This document shows, in pieces, positions 10,701-20,045 of a stretch of 64,000 nt of DNA. Source of the stretch: Planctomycetota bacterium (lineage in GTDB: Bacteria > Planctomycetota > JAJSAM01 > JAJVHW01); contig CBDFJG010000004.1 of NCBI GenBank assembly GCA_965248445.1, forward strand, positions 32,001-96,000. The letters are read 5' to 3'. The translations under genes and the position numbers were made by a program. Position 1 is the first letter of the stretch. Each line of letters begins with the position of its first letter. The notes under the pieces are model-generated. The model worked only from the letters and a program-made list of their open reading frames with translations, ran no database searches and was not told the origin of the DNA.

Positions 10701-11719
10701 GCCCCACGATCACGCTGACCGGTCCGGAGTCCGGCGGAATCTTCAACGACACCGCACCGGTCACGTTCCAGGGCACGTGCAGCGAGGAGAGTTACACACT
10801 TCTCGTCGAGAGTGCCGGCCTCGACGGCGGCACGAAGGAGAGCTCGCACGACGCGCTCGGCTTCTCCGTCGGGTACGTGTTCGAGGTCGGATCGCCGACG
10901 ATCACCCTGACGGCCGTGGATCGCGCCGGCCGCCGCTCCGCCCCGCGCACGATGAGCATCCGCGTCGAGAAGCTCCGCACCGAGATGCCGCCCGAGATCA
11001 CGTGGACAAAGGGCGTCACCGCCAAGATGGAGAAGGTGCTTCCCGGCGACGTCGTCATCTTCCCCCGGAAGGTACGTTCCGTCGGGCGCGTGTACGTGGA
11101 CCGCACCGAGGTCACGAACGCGCAGTACCGGCAGTTCCTGGCCGCCACGGGCGGGCGGCGCGGCGAGTGGAGCCACCCCGAGCAGCCGGAGGCGTGGGAT
11201 CACACCCCGCCGGCCGAGACGTGGGGCGACGCACGCTGGAACCAGGACGCATTCCCCGTCGTGAACGTCGCCTTCTGGGACGCGTGGGCGTTCGCGAAGT
11301 GGAGCGGCCGCCGTCTTCCGACCGAGGCCGAGTGGGTCAAGGCGGCGGTCAAGATGGAGGGTGAGGCGGAACTCCTCCGCTGGCCCACCGGCAATGAGGT
11401 CGAGGACAGCGCTCTGCTCGTGGCGCGCAAGACCTCCGACGACGTCGAGCCCGCGAATCCGGTCGCGGCGGGCGAGGGTCAGGACGTCAGCCCGATCGGC
11501 TGCCTGCACATGGGCGGCAACGTCTGCGAGTGGGTGGTGGTGATGCCGGACGACGAGGAGGCCCCTGCGGTCTCGGCCGTGCGTGGCGGCAGTTGGTTCT
11601 TCACCCGCGTCGCGGCCAACGTTCGCGACACGCCCGCCAAGGAGTACCCGCGGTCGCAACGCGCGCCGACGATCGGCTTCCGTTGCGCGGTCGACGAGGA
11701 GATGGTGGAACTGCCGTGA
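7709..11719 (+). CDS. Membrane Ser/Thr kinase with extracellular Ig-like repeats and a C-terminal FGE-sulfatase (SUMF1) domain
   Basis: LGKGGMGEV, HKDLKSDN, DFGLA, GTLAYMAPE; one TM; repeated DxAGN motifs; DRTEVTNAQY, RLPTEAEW, GNVCEW, RGGSW, IGFRC. Confidence 0.92.
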   Translation: MTDRGDDDRDREEDDDSLPSRDSGPSRDSGETLADPGAAEDDLETAMYERGERPLSPPAPRADDDPAEDDRDTVAGGFAGTVMPVRPTSETVGPSGEEQTVYDAGLTERLKDKSATREDPAAGTMREGGARTSPGARADQSATARDLAAADGSTAGGARGGGGSIRLFEGEQLAGRYELVSRLGKGGMGEVWKARHMLLHGNRAIKVIKASISRDPSFRARFLTEGQTMMKVKHPGVVEVTDLDETRVGRELFMVMEHLEGRTLYDAVRDGDSPISLDVRETVRIHKEIADGMQRIHDERIVHKDLKSDNVLLVQGDDGREHPKVIDFGLAKRMDENDDTDVEKGAAAISGTYEPDLRTTLSGTLAYMAPEQFRQQPSSFQSDIYAFGVMLYESFMNGKYPMPRGGLAHYLKLHTDGELPARLAADKPDLDRTIADIADRCMAPEKPDRPASFTEVSHELQWWRDAPERARKRRKLVLISGAFVLMAGVAVAGFLLTETAPSVGVLDVAAAGQSIAPAPDRRYHLRDQALREMSFSGRVTGEAAIPAFLVDGEEVGSTITTDGEVVTATADLSALEDGPHSAELRAAEGAEGTSVTIVVDRAPPPIKSVRVSGATSGFTNAVAPIVLVDVDDDSVARVTATPDGAEPAAGEQVSEDDRRAWRVRGTAEDDGDVVLSIRVIDFAGNVSRQDFSYFRDTAAARIDVAGLVEGVLQARDGATAMLELSTSEAGTCTVAFGAGAPKTIDAAAAGVLKFTVPVIPEDGLQAQITFEDVAGNETKRTVLVKQEDDVALIRTTDGKTRLVTRGDDAVTLQYERTYPLDTDTMGVYAQRVNSDGTNDGAPSHVRFVSGPGTERSVPVEVSQIALQALGAGVYRLTATGQGQAVPQSMELTIDPANPVIGEIAVRDSEARTVGSGEWSRTRLVTVAVDVTDLRLAEVKIAGDGESQRRFSEIDPAATSFLFDLTLAEQGRSAFTVSVRDTAGNTAERNLTINADWESPTITLTGPESGGIFNDTAPVTFQGTCSEESYTLLVESAGLDGGTKESSHDALGFSVGYVFEVGSPTITLTAVDRAGRRSAPRTMSIRVEKLRTEMPPEITWTKGVTAKMEKVLPGDVVIFPRKVRSVGRVYVDRTEVTNAQYRQFLAATGGRRGEWSHPEQPEAWDHTPPAETWGDARWNQDAFPVVNVAFWDAWAFAKWSGRRLPTEAEWVKAAVKMEGEAELLRWPTGNEVEDSALLVARKTSDDVEPANPVAAGEGQDVSPIGCLHMGGNVCEWVVVMPDDEEAPAVSAVRGGSWFFTRVAANVRDTPAKEYPRSQRAPTIGFRCAVDEEMVELP

Positions 11720-12771
11720 GCCGAATTGCCGCTCTGCTGCCGGTCCTCGCCGCACTCGTCGTCTCCACGGCGTGCGGCTCCACTCCGGACCCGATCGCGC
11801 CGCTCTCGCAGCCGTACCGGATCGTCCTCCTGCCGATTGAGGGCGTCGAGACCGCGCTCGCCGCACCGGTCCGCGAGGGCGAGGCGCAGGAGGGCGACGA
11901 GGTGCCGTTCGCACTCGAGCCGGACGTGTTCCGCAACCGCATCACAAACGCGATCGTGAACTCCGGCGTCTTCAGCAACGTGATCGTCGTCGGACGCGAG
12001 GAGCTGACGACCGACGAGTTCACCGACACCGTTATGGCGGCTGCCCCCCGCGCCAAGGCCGAGGCGGCGGACCTCATCATGCGTGTGCGCGTGAACTCCG
12101 CGCGCCTCCGCGACCTGGGCGCGAACTCGTCCAAGTTCTGGTCCACGTTCACCTGGTTCATGGTCCCTCTGCCGATCTGGTTCGTGGACGACCGCACGTA
12201 TGCGACGTCGCTCACCGTGCAGGCCGAGATGTACGACCCGGCTGACCCGATCAAGCCGACGGCCTCGGTGGTCGCAAGCTCCGGCGAGGAGGAGATGGAC
12301 CTCTGGGACCGCGGCGCGTTGCAGCCGACCGTCGTGGTCATCCCGCCGCCGTGGGTGGAGGGGAACCTCGAGAAGGTCAGCGAGACGCTCACCGAGCGCG
12401 CGGTCAATCACATGATGACCGAGCTCGTCGACGAACTGCGCACCCGTGAGATCCCGAGTCGCTTCGAACTGGACCTCGAGTGGGAGGGCAACGACCTCGT
12501 CGTCGTGGTGCGCACACGGCGTCCGTTGCGCGCGCTTACTGTTCTGGCCGGTGCTCAGGTTCTGCGCACCTGGGCAGAGGACGAGACGTCTGACCTGCTG
12601 GACACCTCTGGACCGAAGACGCGTCTCATCGCCTATCGCGCTCGTGTCGAGGACGGCGCCGGGCGCGCCGACTATCTCCGCGTGCTGGTGGAGGACGAGG
12701 GGGGCGGGCGCGAGGTGCGCACGATCCCGTCGCCGTCCACGTCCGCGAAGACCACGGAGGCTGAAGAGTGA
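11716..12771 (+). CDS. Hypothetical lipoprotein
   Basis: GTGA overlap with the kinase stop; lipobox-like VSTAC. Confidence 0.75.
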   Translation: MSRIAALLPVLAALVVSTACGSTPDPIAPLSQPYRIVLLPIEGVETALAAPVREGEAQEGDEVPFALEPDVFRNRITNAIVNSGVFSNVIVVGREELTTDEFTDTVMAAAPRAKAEAADLIMRVRVNSARLRDLGANSSKFWSTFTWFMVPLPIWFVDDRTYATSLTVQAEMYDPADPIKPTASVVASSGEEEMDLWDRGALQPTVVVIPPPWVEGNLEKVSETLTERAVNHMMTELVDELRTREIPSRFELDLEWEGNDLVVVVRTRRPLRALTVLAGAQVLRTWAEDETSDLLDTSGPKTRLIAYRARVEDGAGRADYLRVLVEDEGGGREVRTIPSPSTSAKTTEAEE

Positions 12772-14027
12772 GGCGCCGCACGACGATCGTCGCCGCGTGC
12801 ATCGCGTTCGCCTTGCTGGCTGCCGCCGGGGGCATTCCGGCGGATGCGAAGTCCGGCCGACGCGGCGGACTGATCCTCAAGTTCCCGTCCGAGATCGACG
12901 AGACCGGCTTCCGCCTGGCGCTGCAGAGTTCCAACCAGCCGACGACGATCATCGTCGGCAAGGGGCGCCACCTGCTCTCGTCGTCGGTGTTCGTGTTCGG
13001 TCGCAGCGCAGTCACAATCTGTGGTGCGACCGGCCGCGCGAGAGACTGCATACTCGAGAGCGAGGGCGCGGGCCCGGTGTTCCGGATCGAACAGTCCGAG
13101 GATATCCAGTTCCGCGATCTGACGATCCGGACCGAGGTGCCCGGCGGACAGGCCGTGCGGATGAATGCGGTGCTGGACAACAACTTCTCGAGCTTCGCGC
13201 GCAGCGTCTACGTGCGGGGATGCACGCTCGACGCCGATGCACCCGTCTTCGGGACGGCGGGAGCGGAGCAGCTCACCATCGACCGGTGCAAGATCAACGT
13301 GCGCCTCGAGGACTCCTTCGGCGTGCTCTGGAGCGACGGCGCCGGGTTGCAGATCTCGCGCACCCGGTTCTCGACCGAGGGCAGCACGGAGGCGTTCGCC
13401 GCCGTGTTCGTGGCGGGGGCGGGGGCGTTCTTCGCATCGGGCGAGCGTGTGCCCGACGTGATCCTCACGCGCAACAAGGTGCGAGGGCGATTCCTGCGCG
13501 GCTTCGACCTGGCCGACGTCGTCGGGGCTCGCGTGCACCGCAACAGCATGAAGCTGTCCGGCGAGTCGATCCGGCCGGTGGTCGGCAGCCGGGAAGAGAC
13601 GGGCCGCGTCGGCATCCTCGTCAGGAACGCCGACGCGACGACACTCGTCGAGGACACAGAGGTTTCGCGCAACCGCATTCGCAACGCACACTACGGCGTG
13701 TGGCTCCTCGCAGTGGGCGGCGGTGCCGTCGTGCGGAACGATCTGCGCGGGTGCGGCTCCTCTCGTAAGGACGCGTTCTTCAACGAGTACGGCGGCGCAC
13801 TCCGTCTGACGATCAACAGCGGATTGTGCAAGCTCGACATCCTGCGCAACGACTTCCGCACGCTCGGCTCGCCGACGAGCGACGGCGGCGCCGATGTTCC
13901 GGCGATCGGCGTCGTGCCCGACACTCTCGCCGCGTCGTGCTTCGACGACACCGCCGAGGCCGACAACGCGACGACGAACAAGCTGTCCGGAGGGCGGGCC
14001 CTCTATCTGGGAGCCGCGAAGCGATGA
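12768..14027 (+). CDS. Secreted right-handed beta-helix (pectin-lyase-like/NosD) protein
   Basis: Signal peptide; repeating xxxRNxxx strand pattern; overlaps both neighbours. Confidence 0.72.
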   Translation: MRRRTTIVAACIAFALLAAAGGIPADAKSGRRGGLILKFPSEIDETGFRLALQSSNQPTTIIVGKGRHLLSSSVFVFGRSAVTICGATGRARDCILESEGAGPVFRIEQSEDIQFRDLTIRTEVPGGQAVRMNAVLDNNFSSFARSVYVRGCTLDADAPVFGTAGAEQLTIDRCKINVRLEDSFGVLWSDGAGLQISRTRFSTEGSTEAFAAVFVAGAGAFFASGERVPDVILTRNKVRGRFLRGFDLADVVGARVHRNSMKLSGESIRPVVGSREETGRVGILVRNADATTLVEDTEVSRNRIRNAHYGVWLLAVGGGAVVRNDLRGCGSSRKDAFFNEYGGALRLTINSGLCKLDILRNDFRTLGSPTSDGGADVPAIGVVPDTLAASCFDDTAEADNATTNKLSGGRALYLGAAKR

Positions 14028-15849
14028 TACTCAGCCACTCTGTAGTACGCCGCGCTGCGCGCGTCGCTCTCTCGCTCTGCATCCTCGCGCTCGTACCGTC
14101 GTGCGGCGTCGGCGGCATCCTGGCCGGTTCGGCCGGCGGGGGCGGCGGTGGCGGTGGCGACACGCGGCCGCCGCGGCCCCCGCGCGTGACGCTCGTCCAG
14201 CCGACGACGGACCCGGCGAGCAACGCGATCTCGCTGTCCTACGACCTGAACGATCCGCAGGAGAAGGACGCCGGCCGCCGGGCACGCCGGACCCGCGCGT
14301 GCGGATCTTCGCCGAGTGGCGCTTTGCCGGCAGCGAGATCTGGCGCGACATGACCGAGTCCCGCATCACGGACTCGGACGGCACGCGCAACCTGACGCTC
14401 GCGTCGCACGTGTTCGTGTGGAACACGGTGATCGACCTCGGCGGGCTGATCGCACGCGTCCGTGTGCGTATCCGCGCGGAAGACGAACCGGCTGCTGGCA
14501 TCAACCGGCGCTTCCGCACCAAGGAGATCGAGTTCATCATCGACAACCGCCTGGCGTCGACGATCTTCGGTGACGATGTCGTCCCGCGCTCGGACGTCGA
14601 CACGTTCCCCGTCGACCTCGCCGTGACCGGCACTAGCCTGGTGGTCGCGTCGACCGGCGCCGGCATTGTGGAGATCATTGACGAACTCGGACGCGTGCGC
14701 CGCGTCGTGGGTGCGGGGTTGCCCGGCGATTCGGGTGACGGCGGAGATCCCGGTGTGGCGCGACTGGATTCCGTCGCCATCGGCTTCGGCGGCCTGGTGT
14801 TCGTGAACGTCGAAGACCGGATTCGCGTGACGAACCCGTTCCTCGTCCCCGCTTCGGTCGGCGCGCATGGCGTGCCTCCGCGGACGATCAACACGCTCGC
14901 CGCGTTCGGTGCGCTCTCCCGAGCCCGCGCCGTGCGCGTGCACACCAGTGGGGCGATCCTGGCGATCGACGATCGGTCGCGCCTGCTTGCGCTCAATCCT
15001 GCCGACCCGGGTGGCGTGGCACCTCCTGACATCACGCTCGCCGGAGTGCTCATCCCGCCCGGAGCGGTTGGACAGATCTGCGGAGGGGGAGCCGCTGACA
15101 CGGACGGACTCGCGGCGACGGCGACACTCATGACCGACGCTACGACGATCGCAGTCGGTCCTGACGGCGAGATCTATTACGGCGAACAGTCCCTCGGTCG
15201 CGTCCGCGTGATCAACCCGAACGTGCTTCCGCTCTCGCTCCCCGGCGGCGACGTGGATCCCGGGACGGTGCAGACGGTGGCGGGCGGCAACGACCTCGGC
15301 CTCTCCGGTGATGCCGGACCGGCGGTGCTGGCGCAGCTTAACAGGCAGGATGGACTGACCGTCACGCCGGCCCGCCAGCTCGTGATCGCCGACACGTTCA
15401 ACGTGCGCATCCGGCTCGTGAACCTCGGCGTCGCGGACATCACGTTTGTGGGTACGACTGTGAGCCCCGGCGACATCGACACGATCGTCGGTGGCGGTGA
15501 CGGCGGAGTCGGCAGCGCGGCCCGCGACGTTCGGCTGGATGCACCCAACGCCGTCGAACTGGGCGTCACCGACGCGCTTCTCATCGCCGACGGCAACACC
15601 GTCATCATGGTGAACGCCGGAGCCGCGACGATCACCGCGTACGGCCGGACCGTGCTGGGCGGCCGCACCCGCGAGATCTACGACGCGCGGGCGCGCAACG
15701 GCCAGCCCTTGCGCAGTCCGATCGCGATGCATGTGGAGCCCACGTCCGGCGCGCTCTTCTTCAGCGATGCGAGCACCGTGCGCGTGCTCAACCTCGGCGA
15801 CGCCTCCGACGTGTTCGGCGGAGCCGACGTCCAGTCCGGCGATGTCTAG
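14024..15849 (+). pseudogene. NHL-repeat lipoprotein with a 1-nt frameshift near 14278 and an apparent mid-repeat C-terminal stop
   Basis: ATGA overlap start and LVPSC lipobox in one frame. GDGGDPGVARL, GDAGPAVLAQL, IADTFNVRIRLV repeats lie in the -1 frame. Confidence 0.75.
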
Positions 15850-15882
15850 CCTGCCCGTACCCATGCGGAAGCGGCTCGACAC

Positions 15883-16656
15883 GTGATCGAACTCGACGGA
15901 TTCTCGAAGTCGTACGACGGGCGCGAGGCGGTCCGCGGTCTGTCGTTCAACGTGAATGCGGGGGAGATCGTCGGTCTCGTCGGCCCGAACGGCGCGGGCA
16001 AGACCACGACCCTGCGCGCGATCGCAGGGATCCTCAGGCCGAGTAGCGGTGTTGTGCGCGTCGCCGGGTTCGATGTCACGCAGGACCCGGTCGCCGCCAA
16101 GCGCCGCCTCGCGCTGGTTCCCGACGACCCGAGTCTGTTTCCGAGCCTCACCGTCTGGGAGCACCTCGAGTTCGCGTCGCTCGCGTACGACGTGCCGGAT
16201 TGGAAGCCGCGCGCGGACGCGTTGCTCGAGCGATTCGAGCTCTCGGACCGGCGGGACAGCCTGGCCGACGAGCTGTCCCGCGGCATGCGGCAGAAGACGG
16301 CGGTCGCCGCGGCACTGCTCCACTCGCCGAAGGGCATTCTGTTCGACGAGCCGCTGACCGGCCTCGATCCGCGGGCGATCCGCACGCTGTACTCGGCCAT
16401 TCGCGATGCCGCTGCCGAAGGAGCGGCTGTGCTGCTCTCTTCGCATCTCCTCTCGCAGATCGAGTCGTTGTGTACCGCGTTCGTGATCTTGCGGGAGGGG
16501 CAACTCGTTCTGTCGGGAACTCGTGACGAGATCCGTGCGCGCCTTCCGTCACTGCGTGCCGATGCGTCGCTCGAGGAGATCTTCTTCATCGCGACCGAGG
16601 GCGCACCTGACGTGGCGCCGGCGACGGACGACGGGAGCGAGGACCCGCCCGCGTGA
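15883..16656 (+). CDS. ABC transporter ATP-binding protein
   Basis: GPNGAGKTT, LSRGMRQK, FDEPLTGLDP, SSH. Confidence 0.95.
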   Translation: MIELDGFSKSYDGREAVRGLSFNVNAGEIVGLVGPNGAGKTTTLRAIAGILRPSSGVVRVAGFDVTQDPVAAKRRLALVPDDPSLFPSLTVWEHLEFASLAYDVPDWKPRADALLERFELSDRRDSLADELSRGMRQKTAVAAALLHSPKGILFDEPLTGLDPRAIRTLYSAIRDAAAEGAAVLLSSHLLSQIESLCTAFVILREGQLVLSGTRDEIRARLPSLRADASLEEIFFIATEGAPDVAPATDDGSEDPPA

Positions 16657-18305
16657 ACGCCGGACTGCGCTACCTGCTTCGCAAACGGCCGGCGATGGCG
16701 TGGCGCTCGAGCCGGCGCCGGTTCCGCGGCGTTCGCGGAGCAATCGCACTTGTGGCGATCCTCCTGTTCGTCGTCCTCCTGCTCGGACCGCAGCTGTTTC
16801 TCGTGCTCGCCGGGTCCGACGACGGTCGTGCCGGCGGCGAGGGCGTACGCCGCTTCGGGCCGTCGATCGTCCTCGCCTTCACGGTGCTCTCCATCGTGCT
16901 GTCCGGAGAAGCCCGCGGCGCTCTGTACTTCCGACCTGAGGAGATCGACAACCTGTTCCCCGCCCCCGTTCATCGCCGTGACCTGCTGATCTACCACTCC
17001 GCGTCGCGGATGCAGGTCCAGCTCCTCTCAGCCGTCTGGATGTCGATCTTCATTGCGCGCTACGCTCCCACGTTTCTCGGCTGTCTGCTGGGCTGCTTCC
17101 TGGCGCTCGCGATGCTGCAGATGGTCGTGCAGACGGTCCTGCTGATGACGGCGTACGTCGGCAAGCGTTTCGCGCGGGTGGCGCGCTGGGCGCTCGCCCT
17201 CGCCGTCGTCGGTGTCGTCCTCGCGGCGGCCTATCCTCTGCGTGACCAGTTCCGGGCAGACGGCGAGCCGGTGGCGGCGCTCGCGGCCATCGTCGAGTCT
17301 CCGCTCGTGAGAGCGCTCTCGCTGCCGTTCGTGCCGTTCGTCGAGACGTTTGCCGCGGCGTCGATCCCGATGGCCCTCGGCTGGGCCGGCGTGTCGGGCC
17401 TGTCGCTGTTCCTCGTGCTCTTCGTGATGACGCGACTGGACGCCGCCTACGAGGAGGTCGCGCTCGAGGCGAGCCGCAAGATGCAGAAGAAGCTCGGGCG
17501 CATGCGCTCCGGCGCGGGTGTGTGGGGCGCCTCCGGACCGCAGCACACGCGATTCTCCGTTCCGCGCTTTCCACGGCTCGAGGGCGCAGGCGCGATCGCC
17601 TGGCGACAGGCGATCGCCATGCTCCGCAATCGGCGCGGTATACTCGGCGTCGCGTTGTTCGTGACGCTGTGGCCCGCGCTCTTCGCCGTGATTGCGCTCA
17701 GCATGGATGACCCGGCGAAGAGCCGCGTCATCGTGCTCAGCATGATCCCAGTGGTCGTGGCGATCGGTGCGCTCTCCACACAGAACCTGCCATTCGACTT
17801 CCGGCGGGACGCGGCGCGACTCGAGACGCTGCGGTCGCTGCCACTACGCCCGTCGGCTGTCGCGGCGGGCGAGATCGCTCCGGCCGCCGTGTTCGTCGCG
17901 ATCTTGACGGGCGTCGTGGCAGGCGCGCTCGCGGTCATCGGCGGCGTGTTCGAGGTGTGGATGCTGCCGCTGCTGTGCATCTCCATCCTGCCGTTCACGT
18001 GGGCCGTCGTTGCGCTCGACAATGCCCTGTTTTTCGTCATGCCGCAGCGCTTCGAGCCCGATGAGGCTGCGAACCTCGGGTTCATGGGAACCACCATGTT
18101 CCTCGCGTTCGGGAAGGTGGTGGGGTTGCTCATTGTGCTCGGAGTCGCCGTCGTCGGTGGTGCCGCCGTGAATTTCGCAACCGGGTCGGCCCGTCTCGGG
18201 GTGCTGACGGGCGTCGGACTCATCGCCGGGATCGACGTTTTTCTGACGTGGCTCGTGGCGTGGCTGTTCGACCGCCACGATCCCGCCCGCGATCGTCCGG
18301 ACTAG
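16653..18305 (+). CDS. Putative ABC exporter permease
   Basis: Many TM segments; F..EEID.LF.AP motif; GTGA overlap with the ATPase gene. Confidence 0.85.
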   Translation: MNAGLRYLLRKRPAMAWRSSRRRFRGVRGAIALVAILLFVVLLLGPQLFLVLAGSDDGRAGGEGVRRFGPSIVLAFTVLSIVLSGEARGALYFRPEEIDNLFPAPVHRRDLLIYHSASRMQVQLLSAVWMSIFIARYAPTFLGCLLGCFLALAMLQMVVQTVLLMTAYVGKRFARVARWALALAVVGVVLAAAYPLRDQFRADGEPVAALAAIVESPLVRALSLPFVPFVETFAAASIPMALGWAGVSGLSLFLVLFVMTRLDAAYEEVALEASRKMQKKLGRMRSGAGVWGASGPQHTRFSVPRFPRLEGAGAIAWRQAIAMLRNRRGILGVALFVTLWPALFAVIALSMDDPAKSRVIVLSMIPVVVAIGALSTQNLPFDFRRDAARLETLRSLPLRPSAVAAGEIAPAAVFVAILTGVVAGALAVIGGVFEVWMLPLLCISILPFTWAVVALDNALFFVMPQRFEPDEAANLGFMGTTMFLAFGKVVGLLIVLGVAVVGGAAVNFATGSARLGVLTGVGLIAGIDVFLTWLVAWLFDRHDPARDRPD

Positions 18306-19177
18306 CTCCGCCAGTCGGCGAATGCGATGTCGTGGATCAGTTCGCCCCGCGCGACGTGTCCGTCGAGAGCGTCCGCTTGGATGCAGTACGTGTCGCGGTA
18401 GTAGCGGCGCAGTCCGTCCTCGCCACCGTCGCGGTAGACGGTCCACCATTCGGACTTGAAGCCCGCCACGAACGGCGGGAGGGGCGCGCCGAACAGCCGG
18501 CGCAGCTTGTGGTACCAGAGCTTGCTCTTCAGGCCCTTCCGCTCGCGCCACGACGTCAAGCGCCGGACCTTCATCACGAACTGGTCCTCGTCGCGAATCA
18601 TGTAGTGGTGCACCGTCGGAACCGCAGGCGACCAGTGCGGCAGCGGGGCCTCGCGGCAGAGATGCTCGCTCGAGATCACCTTGAGCCACGGCTCGCGATA
18701 GAAGCTCTTTCCCTCGCGGTAGCTCGTGTGGAGCGGACTGTCGGGTCCCGTCGTGCGGTAGTGCTGCCGCGTATAGACCGCGCCGTGATCGGAATCCACC
18801 GCCGTCGGCAGGAACAGCTTCTGGCGGCAGTTCACCGCGACGACGTCCTGCGGCGCCTCCGCCAGCAGATCGGGAAGCGTGGTGCCCGGTGCCCAGTGAA
18901 ACTCGTCGGTGTCGGAGACGCCGATCCACGTCAGGGACCGTCCGTGGCGGGAGCGCAGACCGTCGAGGAGCCGCGTGCGGACGCCCTGCCGCAGCGCGAA
19001 GTCGTGGAACACCGCCGTGCTGACAGCCTCGCCGAACTCCCGCAGGACGTCCTGCGTGCCGTCGGAGCTCTCGTTGTCGGCCACGGCGACGTGATCCACG
19101 CCCCACGACAGGTGGTGCGCGATGTTGAGGCGCAGGACTTCGGCCTCGTCCTTGGTGGCGAGGAGCAGAGCGATCAT
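18302..19177 (-). CDS. Glycosyltransferase family 2-like protein
   Basis: KDEA, DNESSDGT, DTDEF (DxD), HHY. Confidence 0.85.
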   Translation of the reverse strand: MIALLLATKDEAEVLRLNIAHHLSWGVDHVAVADNESSDGTQDVLREFGEAVSTAVFHDFALRQGVRTRLLDGLRSRHGRSLTWIGVSDTDEFHWAPGTTLPDLLAEAPQDVVAVNCRQKLFLPTAVDSDHGAVYTRQHYRTTGPDSPLHTSYREGKSFYREPWLKVISSEHLCREAPLPHWSPAVPTVHHYMIRDEDQFVMKVRRLTSWRERKGLKSKLWYHKLRRLFGAPLPPFVAGFKSEWWTVYRDGGEDGLRRYYRDTYCIQADALDGHVARGELIHDIAFADWRS

Positions 19178-19252
19178 GGCGGGGTGCCGTCCGGTCGCGT
19201 CTTTGCCGCCCGGGGGCTGCGGGCGAGGATACGGCTGATGCTTCTCTCACCG

Positions 19253-20014
19253 ATGGAGTTCGACCCCCTGTTCCTGGGCGGAGAGGGACGCAGCGGCACC
19301 ACGCTGCTGCGGGTGATGATCGACGCCCATCCCGCGATCTCCTGCGGCCCCGAGACGCACTTCCTCGTGGACGAGCGCCTCCGCAAGTACCACGACCACT
19401 TCCGTGGCACGTGGTGGCGGCGAGGGGAGGGCTACGGGTACACGCTCGACGACATGGACGATCTCGTCCGCGACTTCGCCCGCGGCTGGTTCGAGACCTA
19501 CATGCAGCGGCGGGGCAAGCGGCGGTGGGCGGACAAGACGCCGCAGACGATCCATGCGCTCGAGTACATGTGGCGGCTCTTCCCGACGGCGAAGTTCGTG
19601 CACGTCATCCGCGACGGTCGCGACGTCGCCTGTTCGATCATCCCGCAGAAGTGGGGTCCGAACGACGTGAAGTCCGCAGCCCGGCGCTGGGTGGACTGCA
19701 TCTGGAAGGGCGTCGCGCACCGCGCGAACACGGAGCGCTACCACGAAGTGCGCTACGAAGAGCTGGCGCCCGAGCCGGAGCCCGTCTTGCGCGAACTGAT
19801 GACGTGGATCGGTGAGGACTTCGACCCGGCGATGCTCGACTACCACCGCGCCGACGCAGACAACCCGACGAAGACCGAGTCGAGCGCCGAGCAGGTCGCG
19901 CAGCCGCTCTACACATCGTCGATCGGCCGCTGGCGCCGGGACCTCTCCGCCCGCGAGGTGAAGCAGTTCACGAAGATCGCGGGCGAGACGCTGGAGTTCC
20001 TCGGGTACGAGTGA
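19253..20014 (+). CDS. Sulfotransferase
   Basis: GRSGTTLL PAPS loop, WADKTP, IRDGRDVACS, RYEEL, SIGRWR. Alternative start at 19238. Confidence 0.92.
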   Translation: MEFDPLFLGGEGRSGTTLLRVMIDAHPAISCGPETHFLVDERLRKYHDHFRGTWWRRGEGYGYTLDDMDDLVRDFARGWFETYMQRRGKRRWADKTPQTIHALEYMWRLFPTAKFVHVIRDGRDVACSIIPQKWGPNDVKSAARRWVDCIWKGVAHRANTERYHEVRYEELAPEPEPVLRELMTWIGEDFDPAMLDYHRADADNPTKTESSAEQVAQPLYTSSIGRWRRDLSAREVKQFTKIAGETLEFLGYE

Positions 20015-20045
20015 GCTGCATCCGGCGGTCGATGAGGGCCGGCGG

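Noticed and set aside
9077..11914. 945-aa minus-strand ORF and similar long Arg/Ala/Pro-rich ORFs (e.g. 14239-16503, 41041-43224, 60544-62751)
   Set aside because: Shadow or off-frame ORFs expected at this GC content; they overlap well-supported genes and show no motifs.
18248..19237. N-terminal extension of the sulfotransferase (588-aa ORF)
   Set aside because: Antisense shadow of the GT2 gene.
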